This document shows positions 13,201 through 23,594 of a stretch of 38,449 nucleotides of DNA, in pieces. The notes below the pieces were generated by a model. It saw nothing but the letters and a program-made list of their open reading frames with translations, was not told where the DNA came from and made no database searches. How positions within the stretch are numbered: position 1 is the stretch's first letter; each line of letters begins with the position of its first letter. This DNA is from Thelocarpon superellum. Its lineage: Eukaryota. A program made the translations under genes and the position numbers. The stretch spans positions 1 to 38,449 of the forward strand of contig JAPEUG010000137.1 in the NCBI GenBank assembly GCA_026025795.1. The letters run 5' to 3'.

Positions 13201-13932
13201 GGCTGGAGCACATTGCCATGCAGGCCGTCAAAAGTCATGCTGACGCGTTGCTCCATGCCGTCATGGATGCCGGCCGCAAGACAGGCCAGATAGTAGGCGC
13301 GTTTGTGGAAGTAGCGTCGGTTGAGATAGTCCTTGTCTTGAAAGAGGGCCGACGGCATCGTCACGGCCAGGTCGACGGACCATGCCCCGTCAACCTTAGT
13401 GGCCAGCTTGAGCGTGTGGCTACCGATGACGTGGATTTCCGAGGGTTTCGCGTAGGAGAGCCTCCATTTGACATCTTTCGAGGGTCGTGGTGTTGGAAAC
13501 GGAATGCGGATGCCATGGGTGGCTTGCAGCACCTTTTCCGCCTCGGAGACCTATCCGCGGGTCAATCTGCGTGGTCTCGTCATGTCGGGTCAGAAGCGCG
13601 CTCACAGTGCGTTCATCATGGGGAGGGATATCTTCAATGGTGGACTTGAGGCGGCGGAGCACCGGTTCCAGGGTCTTTCTTCGTTTCTCGTAATCCGGTC
13701 GTATATCGTCCAGCAGCTCGTTGATCTGGAGGTTGAAGATGCTTTGGTTCATATCCAGGCTGGGGCCCTTTCGACTTTGTCGACGCGCCGCGGTCGATCT
13801 CCTGGTTTGCAGCAATTCATCTACCATTTCTTCGTTCGCCGCTGATTCATCCGAGGTGGCGGCACTCCGGGCGGTCTCTCCGTCCATTCGGTCCTCGTGG
13901 ACCTTTCTCCGTTTCGTGGCATGAGGAGCCAT
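10202..13932 (-). CDS. UTP22: U3 snoRNP-associated protein Utp22 / Nrap (NOL6). Introns 13551-13605, 12564-12611, 12398-12444, 10631-10701
   Basis: Motifs FQDKDYLNRRYFHKRAYYLA, GYSSYQLFKATLQ, FWGEKAELRRFKDGSIVESLVW, FEGSGRWPDDLVAIQRTK and C-terminal LNEIARIGGDL. Canonical introns join the ORF fragments in frame. Confidence 0.95.
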
Positions 13933-14020
13933 ATCGCTGAAGGCAGTCGTTTCTTACGAAGAAAAGAAAATGAGGTCACTGGATCGCAAGCATTTTGGCC
14001 GGGTAGGATCATGAATTCCT

Positions 14021-14120
14021 CAGGCTTTTTTCATCACAGGCACATTGATATTTTTGATATTTGATGGTTCGCCTGGACGCATTTCCCACGGCAAACTCTA
14101 ACGTTATCTTATCGCACGTG
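14021..14120. promoter_or_regulatory. Candidate elements in the UTP22/hypothetical divergent promoter: RRPE-like TGAAAAAA (minus strand), TTATCTTATCG (GATA-type) and a CACGTG E-box at 14115-14120
   Basis: The motifs are visible about 90-190 bp upstream of a ribosome-biogenesis gene; function is inferred only. Confidence 0.35.
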
Positions 14121-14458
14121 CTATCTCGGCCTGGCGGCACTCCGTCTAATACGTAAATCACCACAAGAAGCACGGAGTCGCCGGTTGAACGACCCGACAG
14201 GGGACGGTGGTTCTACGAAACCAAGGCGAGGCTAACGGAGTAGCCCTGTCAACGCATCGATCGAGGAATCGTGATCGGTACAGCTGTATAGGCCGACGAG
14301 GCGACTACAGTACTATTCCCGGTAGTCTTGTTGAGCGACGACAGGAGCGAGTTGTGAGTGATCATGGCCACAACAGTAGTCCTTGGACCATCTCTAGGTT
14401 GGGGTGAAGACAGCTATATTGACTTGTGGTTGTGTTTAGACTGGCATCTCCCCTTTAG

Positions 14459-15616
14459 ATGACGTCCCCAATCTCGAGCATCGTCATCGACTCCAAGTCC
14501 TTGCTCCCGGTCAACATGGTTAACGAAGATGTTGGCGATGGACCTTTACTTTCCCTTGTCCTCACCGAGGAGCACACGCAGAACTGTCAGGTTCACCGTG
14601 GGCGCAGTTCTAGCCCGGGAGCACAACCGACCAAGCCGTACCGACCCTCGGAACAACAGCTACTCCAGGAAGGCAAGCTCGGCCAGTCGGAGTTCTCAGC
14701 GCGGCTGAAGCGAGTTATCTTTGGACGATTCGGCGCCGGCCGAACGGGCGGCGATGGGGTGCCAGCATGCCTGATCCTGGTGAAGGTGGATCTCATGCCC
14801 AAAAGCAGAGGCTGGTTCCGATTCCGCGAGGTGACGGTTGAGATTTCCTTCCTGGAGAAGCGAAGCAACGGCTCAATTGACAAGCATAAACCTCGTGGCT
14901 CTGACGATGACGATGACAACGACGATGATGACGAAGAAAACACCTACACAGGTCCCCTCGTCCTAAAATTCTATCCCGAAATAATCCGCGGCCACGTGCA
15001 GACAGCGTCCGATCGCTACCAAATCACGGCCTCGCTTCCGATCCCGGCTCCCGTTGCCAGTGGCGGTCTCTCGATGGGCCTCTCGGGCGCATGGACCAAG
15101 GAAGGGCTCCATCTGATCCATGGTCGCCTGATGGGCGAGCCCGAGACCCGGGTCAAATGGAAGCTACACGAAAACGAGGTAGTCAAGGGTGGCGTCTACG
15201 AGCAGCCTCTGCTCGCGGTGGTGGTCCGGCATGATCCCTCAGGGGCGCCCTTTACTATGGCCTTGAGCATGAAGGCCACTACGTATGGTGGGATTTCGGT
15301 GACGGGAAAGGGCGGATCTCGCATCACCTTCCGGCCGGGTAAGCATGACCCAGAGTTGAACTCAGACTCCACGTTGGCATCCATGGCCGGCTTAGCCGGA
15401 GGCGCGGTACAGATGGGAGGGCAAACATGGCAAGCCATGGCAGGCGTATCAACGGAGCCTTCGAGGGAGGATCTGGACGTGACAGACCTCGAAGCCTTGA
15501 CTGGCATGAAGGCCGCATTGCTCGGACTCCAGGCCCCAGGGGTTGCCGCAGGCCGAAGCGAGTCCGCACCAGCCATCTCCGAGGATGCCGAGAAGATGGT
15601 GACGGGAGATGAGTAA
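14459..15616 (+). CDS. Hypothetical protein (385 aa, intronless), beta-rich core with an acidic insertion
   Basis: ATG-initiated ORF with no overlapping gene and protein-like composition (CLILVKVDL, RFREVTVEISF, VKWKLHENEVVKGGV, LAVVVRH). No domain recognised, and the start could be a downstream ATG. Confidence 0.75.
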   Translation: MTSPISSIVIDSKSLLPVNMVNEDVGDGPLLSLVLTEEHTQNCQVHRGRSSSPGAQPTKPYRPSEQQLLQEGKLGQSEFSARLKRVIFGRFGAGRTGGDGVPACLILVKVDLMPKSRGWFRFREVTVEISFLEKRSNGSIDKHKPRGSDDDDDNDDDDEENTYTGPLVLKFYPEIIRGHVQTASDRYQITASLPIPAPVASGGLSMGLSGAWTKEGLHLIHGRLMGEPETRVKWKLHENEVVKGGVYEQPLLAVVVRHDPSGAPFTMALSMKATTYGGISVTGKGGSRITFRPGKHDPELNSDSTLASMAGLAGGAVQMGGQTWQAMAGVSTEPSREDLDVTDLEALTGMKAALLGLQAPGVAAGRSESAPAISEDAEKMVTGDE

Positions 15617-16354
15617 GGGCTTTTGTCTTCCTCTCTGCGTATATGCGTAGATCAGCCGGCTCTATGTCAGGACCACGACTGGATACTGCACCTCGTGCAT
15701 AGCCATGACGATCGGTGTGCCTGGAAGTGTGGGGATAAATTATCTTTGTCCAAGGCTTCTTCCAGGTCGTGGCTCGCGGGATATGACGAGACGATGGATG
15801 CGGTTGAAACTGAAGATGAAAAGGTCGCGCAGGTGGATCTGCGTGAAGTAATGGCGGGCCTTTGAGTGCAGTGGTCATCTCGATCAAAGAGATTGCGACC
15901 GTGAAAACTACAGCCCAGGTCGCTTCGAGTTTGGGTGCGTGTTGTTGAAGTTCCCGGAGATGGCTTGTCATGGTGGCTTTGAGTGCTATGGGGGCTCCCA
16001 AGTTCGTGGGGTCCCCTTTAGTATGAGTAGTCGTGTGCAGAGGCGCATGGCGGGGTGTCGCCAGCATTAAGCGTGTTCGTGCCCCACTACTAAGGGTTTC
16101 TCTAAGTAGCCGGGGCACGAGCTTGACCGGGGGCACGCCGACATCGGCAATGGAAAAAGACAAGAGTCAAACACTCAAAGGATTATTCCCCTACACCTTA
16201 CCATGGATTTGATGGTCAGACTCCGCTCCCCCCGGGTGCTCACCGACATCTATCGGTCATAGTCGTTGTCCAGACATGTCCGGCCAGTTCAGAGAAGAGC
16301 CACACTCCTCGTACTGGTCCCTCACGTCCCATCGCCTCTCTCGACACCATTAAG

Positions 16355-18391
16355 ATGCCTGCTGCTGAAGTGGGACAGTCAATCCCCCCCGACACCGCTC
16401 ACGTGAGCAGGCCTTCCCCCCCCATCCCTCGTCATCGTCTTAGATGGGTACTGACGAACGAGTGATATCAAGGCGGTTAGCGTGTCTTTGCCAACATGGA
16501 AGGCCAACGTGGGGTACGAGGAGGGAGAAGAATGGGTGCTCAGCAAGATGGAAACGGGATATCCCAGATTCTATATTCACAAGAGCATTGCTCACTTCGC
16601 AGACATCATCCGTCAGCGGTACGGCAAGGCCAATGAGCAGGCCATGTTGTTTCCCTCGCACCGGGTCGCCCTGAGATGTGCAGAGTTCGTCCGGATCCAG
16701 GCCCAGGCCCGGCAGCAACCCCGGGTGCGGGCGGTCGAGCTGCAACTCCGTCCGACTACGAGCACAGACACCTCGGCCAGCGTCCTACGATCTGGCTGCA
16801 GTGCCGTGCTGTACCCTTCGGAGCTACATCCTCGAGCCAAGTCCTTCTGGCAACACTCGGGGGAGGGCATCTCCAGTCGACGGGCCGAACACTGTCACCG
16901 TGCTTACGAACGGGGTGAATTGATGGTTCCTGGAGACGCGGAGACGGTCGAGGCTAAAGGTGACGAAAAGCCTGGCCGAGGTCCACGACGATACCAGCGA
17001 TCATCACCTCCTCCGAAGAGCGGTGTCGACCTGCCAAAGACCGGCGACGACCCCGGCCACTTTGTCGAAGAGCGATTCGGCCGCAACCTGAGCCCATCCC
17101 AGTCCACATGTGCCAAAGTCGCCATCCGAAGACGTATCGCCGGCGCCATTCACACCGCCGCATCCCGGCTGGATCCTCACCCCTCATCAGGCACGCTCCG
17201 AAAGCCCACCGAGGATGATATCTACCTCTATCCTACGGGCATGGCATCCATCTTCAACGCGCACCGCGTGCTGAGTATGGCACGTGGGTCCATGGAGAGT
17301 GTCTGCTTCGGGTACGTACGATACGTAAATGAGATATACGTGCTGATAGTACCGCAAAGTTTCCCCTACATCGACACCTTGAAGATCCTGGAGAAATGGG
17401 GTCCTGGCTGCCTCTTCTATGGCAATGGCTCGTCCGAGGACCTCGACGAGCTGGAGCAACGCTTGGCCCGTGGCGAGCGATATCTGGCTCTGTTCTGCGA
17501 GTTTCCCAGCAATCCGCTTCTCCAATGCCCGGACCTACGACGCATCAAGGCGCTGGGGCAGCGTTATGACATGGCCGTCGTGATCGATGAGACCGTGGGC
17601 AACTTTCTCAACGTCCACGTGTTTCCCTACGCCGACGTGGTCGTGAGTAGCTTGACCAAGGTCTTCAGTGGTGACAGCAACGTCATGGGTGGCAGGCATG
17701 TCCCTCGTTCTGGTCAGTGGAGTCTCCTGGCGTGCTGACGATGCGTAAAGTACCGTGCTCAACCCGGAGAGCCCCTACTATCCTCTGCTGAAGAAGACGC
17801 TGGCGACTGAGTACGAGGATGATTACTGGGGCGAAGATGCCATCTTCATGGAGCGAAATAGTCGAGACTATGCGTCTAGAATCCAGCGGATCAATGCCAA
17901 TGCCGAGGCTATCGGTCGGACGCTTCGGTCTCACGGCCAAGGTGCGTGCCAGGCTGAGCATATCGTCGCCGGGCGTCGGGCTGACTGGCCATAGTGAAGA
18001 CGGTCTACTACCCAAAATACAATCCAACCCGATCCCACTATGACGCCTGTCGGACGCCAGATGGGGGCTATGGTGGTCTCCTCTCCGTCACCTTCTCCTC
18101 AACTGCCGCAGCAGTGATATTCTTCGATCGGTTAGAGACTGCCAAGGGTCCCAGCTTGGGCACCAACTTCACGTTGAGGTAAGCGCTTCAGTGATTGTGG
18201 TTAGAACAGAAATTGACTGCCATAGCTGTCCATACACGTTGCTCGCGCACTATGGCGAGCTCGATTGGGTGGCACAGTTCGGCGTTGAGCGCGACCTGGT
18301 GCGCGTCAGCATAGGGCTGGAAGAGACATTATCCTTGATTGCCACCTTTGAACGCGCCTTGGCCGCAATTTCAAGTAGTACGTCAGCATAG
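16355..18391 (+). CDS. Cystathionine gamma-synthase (Str2/MetB-type PLP enzyme). Introns 16403-16472, 17312-17359, 17696-17750 (GC-AG), 17942-17994, 18179-18235
   Basis: Motifs [45 protein letters not shown] (PLP lysine), [12 protein letters not shown] and LVRVSIGLE. Confidence 0.94.
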
Positions 18392-18485
18392 TTAGCATAT
18401 CTTAGGCCCAGGATTTCGGCGGCGTGGGGCACGGGGTCATACCGTGGAAGGGAAAATTGGGAAAGGGGGCTTTCGCCGCCAAGCC

Positions 18486-18551
18486 CACGTGATATGAGCG
18501 CACGTGATCCACGTAGAGAATCTCGCCCGTTTCGCGTCGCGTTTCGCGTCG
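18486..18551. promoter_or_regulatory. SMC6 upstream cluster: two CACGTG E-boxes (18486, 18501) and a direct repeat GTTTCGCGTCG x2 (ACGCGAAA on the minus strand, MCB/SCB-like)
   Basis: Motifs seen about 90-150 bp upstream of the ATG; consistent with MBF/SBF-type G1/S control of chromosome-maintenance genes. Confidence 0.5.
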
Positions 18552-18639
18552 TTCGTCAAGTGCGACGGTGCAGGAGCGTCCGGGCTTCAACGCCGATCCG
18601 CCCTCTTCCACTCCGCGGACGAGGCTGTACGCTGGCATC

Positions 18640-21600
18640 ATGACCATGGCGCCATTGAAGCGCACTAGGCTTCCCGCCGATGACGGTGACATGGAGGTCA
18701 TCGCCGTGGAGAGCGCGCGCTCACACCTGCGCCAGGATACGGTGCGTGCTGCCTGATCTGCGGGCTCCGTGCTCAGTGAACGACTGCTGACGCCTCCACA
18801 GCGAAAGAGAGCACGCGTGGCAGATGCTCGCCGCTCGGGCAAGGCGCGCATGTCCGTAGCGCGATCCGAGAGTGGAATGAGCGAGGTCGACGGCGAGGAT
18901 GACGACGACCACCAGGCGGCCACGCTTCCCGACGACGACGAGGAAGTCGAGGGGCGCCGTCGACCTAACGACGACTGGGACGACGCAACGGACGAGGACG
19001 AGAATGAAAACGAGGACCTAGATACGCAGCGGGCGACGCAGATCATCCAGCGGCGCAATCGCATGATGACCATGGAGAACATCCCGGCCGACAACGGCAT
19101 CATCGAGTCGGTGACGTGCATCAACTTCATGTGCCATAACAAGCTCCAGGTCACGCTGGGTCCGCTCATCAACTTCATCATCGGCCACAACGGCAGCGGC
19201 AAGAGTGCTGTCCTGACCGCTCTGACCCTCTGTCTGGGCGGCAAGGCTACGTCGACCAATCGTGGCCAGAGCCTGAGGAGCTTCATCAAAGAGGGCCAGG
19301 AGACGGCGACGCTCATCGTCAAGATCAAGAACACCGGGCACAGTGCCTACCAGCCCGAGACCTACGGCGACTCCATCGTTGTGGAACGACACTTCTCCAA
19401 GGCGGGCGCGAGCAGCTTCAAGCTCAAGTCGGCCTCGGGCCGCAACATCTCGACCAAGAAGGCCGACCTCGAAGAGATCTGCGACTTCTTCGCCCTGCAG
19501 ATTGACAACCCGATGAATGTCTTGACGCAAGACATGGCCCGCCAGTTCCTCAATAACTCCACCCCGGCGGACAAATACCGCTTCTTCGTCAAAGGCGTGC
19601 AACTGGAGCAGCTGGATCAGGACTACAAGCTGCTAGAGGAGACCATCGACCAGATCGAGGCCAAGCTACAGAGCCGCAAGGACGACGTCAAGGCCATCGG
19701 CGACCGTGCGCGCAAGGCGCACGCGCGCATGGAGCGCTCGGAGAAGCAGAACAGCGTGCGCGAGCGGATCCGCAACTACCAACGACAGATGGCCTGGGCC
19801 CAGGTCGAGCAGCAGGAGCGCGTTGCCGAGCAGATGAGCCAAGACCTCCGCGACGCCGACCAGCGGATTCTCGACGCGGAGGGCGTGGCGATGACGTCCG
19901 AGCAGACCTTCGCCGCGGCCCACGACGCGGCCGAGCAGGCCAAGGCGGGCGTGCAAGGGGTGCGGGAGGGCGCCATCTCGGTGCAGGACGAACGCAAGCA
20001 GATCAAGGATCAGTTTGATGCCAATCGCAAGGAGCTCCTCGAGGTGCAAACGCAGCAGCGCTCCATCCGGGACCAACTCAAAGGCGCGGAGAAGAGCATC
20101 GACAAGGCGCAACGTGACATCGCCGAAGAGCATGCCCGTCTCGAGGCGACCAAGGGCGCCAGTCATACCCGACGCCTGGCCGAGATCGAGGCCGCGCGGA
20201 CGCAGGCGACCGAGGCCAAGGTCGCGTACGACGAGCACCACGCCTCACGCTCCCAGCTCGAGATCGACATCCGACTGGCGGACGAGGAGCACCAGGCGTC
20301 GACGCGGCCCATCGAGCACAAGCGGGTGGAGATTGGAGAGTGTGACCGGCGCCTGTCGTCGTTGCAGCGAGAACGGGGGCAGCAGCACAGTGCCTTTCAC
20401 GAGAACATGCCTCGCCTGCTCTCCGCCATCGGCAACGAGCCCGGCTTCCGGGAGCCCCCCGTGGGTCCCGTGGGCAACCACGTGCGACTGCGGAAGCCGC
20501 TCTGGTCCTCGGTCCTGGAGAAGTCGTTTGGCGGCACCCTGAACAGCTTCATCGTGACGAGCAAGTTTGACCAGGGCCTCCTCTCGTCCCTCATGCGCCG
20601 CGTGGGCTGCGTCTGTCCCATCTTGATCGGCAACCACCATGCCATCGACACGTCGCGCACCGAGCCCGATGAATGCTACGACACGACGCTGCGCGTGCTC
20701 GAGATCGACAATGACCTGGTGCGGCGGCAGCTCATCATCAACCAGAGCATCGAACAGACCATCCTCATCGAGAGCCGCGAGGAGGCCAACCGCGCCATGT
20801 ACGAGGGCGCGCGGCTTCGCAACGTCAAGCAGTGCTTCTGCCTGCACGAGTCACGACGAGGCTGGGGCCTCCGGCTCGGATATGGCCGCACGGGTGAGCC
20901 GTCCAGCTCGCCCATGGCGCCGCCCGAAGGCAAGCCCCGCATGAAGACGGACACGGAGAGCCAAATCGCCTACCAGCGCGAGACGCAGCAGGTGCTCCGA
21001 CGCGAGCTGGACGAGCTGGACGCGCAGGCCCAGCGGCTTGCAGGCCAGGTCCAGTCGCGTCGGGAGGCGCAGACGCGGCATCAGCGGCAGTCGCGCGAGC
21101 TCCAGGAGCAGGTGCAGCGGGCGGAGGAGCGGGTAGAGAAGCTGCACGATGACCTGGAGCGCGACAGCGTGGAGGACGGGCGACTCGAAGCGCTCAAGGT
21201 GGGCCTCCAGGAGGCACAGGAGCTGAAAATGGTCAACGAGAACCAGTACGAGAACGCGGTGACGCAAAAGGATCAGCTGAACGCCGTGTCGGCCACGCTC
21301 AAGCAGCAGCTCAATCACTTCGACACGGAGCTCCGGGATTGGGAGGCGAAGGTGGTCAAGGCCGAGGCCAAGGCGCTCCGCTTGTCCAAGGCGCGACAGG
21401 CGGCGCTGCAGGAGAAGAATGTGGCCTTTCAATCAGTCATCGACGCGCGACAGGATCGGCACGGGGCGGCGGAGAAGGACGAGGCGCAGCAGACGTTGGT
21501 GCGCGAGTGGACGGCGCAGGCCCGGCGGGTGGTGGAGCGGGTGCCGGTCGACGCGGGCGAGACGCCGGCGAGCCTGGACAAGAAGCTGGTGAAGCTGATG

Positions 21601-22287
21601 GGCGACGTGGAGCGCTACCAGCGCGAGCTGGGCGGCACGCGCGACGAGATTGCCGCGGCGGCGGCAGAGACGGCGGCGGCACACCGGACGGCGCGCGAGC
21701 AGGTGCGCAACCTCGACGATCTGGCGCAGCTGCTCAAGTCCGCGCTGTCGGACCGGCAGGACCGCTGGCGCAAGTTCCAGCGCTTCATCTCGGCCCGCGC
21801 CCGGGCGCAATTCACCTACCTGCTGAGCGAGCGCAGCTTCCGTGGGTCGCTGAAGACGGATCACAAGCTCCGCCTGCTCGACCTGCACGTCGAGCCCGAC
21901 GAGACGAAGACGGGCAAGGGCCGGCAGACGAAGACGCTGTCGGGCGGCGAGAAGTCCTTTTCCACCATCTGCTTGCTGCTGTCGCTCTGGGAGGCCATGG
22001 GGTCGCCCATCCGCTGCCTCGACGAGTTCGACGTCTTCATGGACAACGTCAATCGTGACGTTAGCCTCAAGATGATGATCGGCGCCGCCCGACGCTCCCC
22101 CGGCCGGCAGTTCATCCTCATCACGCCGCAGGCCATGGGCAACGTCGACGTGGCCGGGGACGTGAGGATCATCAAGTACGTCTCTCCGTCTTCACTCCTT
22201 CCCTTCTCGCTCGTCCGCGACCGTGTGCTGACCTCATCCAGACTGAGCGATCCGGAACGGGGACAGACCTCCCTCGCTTTTGCATGA
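18640..22287 (+). CDS. SMC6: Structural maintenance of chromosomes protein 6. Introns 18742-18801 and 22176-22241; start is ATG 18640 or 18646
   Basis: Motifs NFMCH, Walker A GHNGSGKS, IDNPMNVLTQD, long coiled coils with a PVGPVG hinge, signature LSGGEKSFS, Walker B CLDEFDVFMD and QFILITPQ. Confidence 0.96.
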
Positions 22288-23594
22288 TCGAGATCTGCCG
22301 GGTACAGGGCATCGCCTCAGGCTACGCTTCTCGATGTCCTCTACCAGCATCTCCCTTTTGGACATGGCTCTTGAGGACATGGAAAGTCCGCTGCCTCCTT
22401 TACTCTCCCTGGCCCACATGTATTGTGAAGGCATTTTTGTTTCCTCGCGCGAGGGCTGGAACTGCCCTCTCCTGTAGGGCGTGGCGTGCGCAGAGGAGCG
22501 GAGGATGAGGATTCATTGCTCGGCATCAGCAAGGGCCGTAGAGGGAGACAACCCACTCCCCTGCACTGGAACATAGTATCCACATGGCGTGAGCTGTTGC
22601 CCAACCATCGGAGTACCGACGACGCAGCAAGGCAACGACACATCGCGGATAGCTGCCCTCGTGGGAATATCAACCTGCCACTCAAGCAGCCGATGGGCAA
22701 GTCTGTGCGAGATACGAGCAGCTAACGTAACATACTTCGCTTGCCACCGCCGCACCAGGAGCAAGAGGAGCCGGCCACACGGCTTAGCTGCGAGTGAACG
22801 GCAGTCACCGATTCGACCCCAGTAGTAAGGTTTTGGCCTGTCCGTTTGGTCCGTTTGGCCGTGACTCTTGCTAGGATGCTCTCTTTATAGGTCTTGATAA
22901 ATCGAACGGGTTCTCGTAGTCGTAGTCGCAGACCTACAGCAGTCAACAGTCAAAAAGTCAACCGCCGACTTGGCAGTCCCGGCACAAACACACGGCACTT
23001 CGTACCTACCACAACCACCACACACTTCCACGCACCTGGAACCTGTTACCCTCACCTTTGTAGGTGCCCATCCCAAGTCGTGCATCACGTTGCAGAGCCT
23101 CCAGTCGTCTTCCCTCGCAGTGGTCAGCGCCTCCGTCTTCAAGAACAGAGTGCTGCAACTTCCCCATCATCTGACGAGCGTCGATCAACGGCCGTGTCCC
23201 TCTCTACTCGGGCACTCCCCTACGAGTCATCCATCCACAACGCCCCGCTCCACGCGCCATCAACACCTCCTTCCAGCCCGACGGACGCCATCACCCACGA
23301 GCCGGTCCACCGACCGCTTGTCCCACCGAGCGTCCTGCAAGCCGTGGCCCAGCACCGTGCTTGTGCCCGACTCCGACCTTTCGTCGACTCTCTCGTCGAC
23401 TCTCGTCGAAAGACATCACCTCCTCCGGACAGCGACACGACACATCAGGCCACACCATCATCGGCTCTTTGTCGCCGAACCCTTCCTCCTCTACCGACCT
23501 TGCACTGCTCTCTCGCGGGCGGGTTGGTGCTCATCTGCTCACGTCACCTGCGTGACCCAGCTCCCCTCATCCGACGCACAGCCGCCACGTCACA

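Noticed and set aside
15324..16163. 279-aa minus-strand ORF
   Set aside because: It has a non-ATG start, overlaps the hypothetical gene antisense, and shows no motif or splice support.
22290..22825. Short ORFs between SMC6 and DHH1
   Set aside because: No coherent gene model or motif; more likely 3' UTR and promoter sequence.
23060..23120. Possible 5' UTR intron of DHH1 (GTAGGT...TTCCCTCGCAG)
   Set aside because: No RCTRAY branch site in the expected position; needs RNA-seq.
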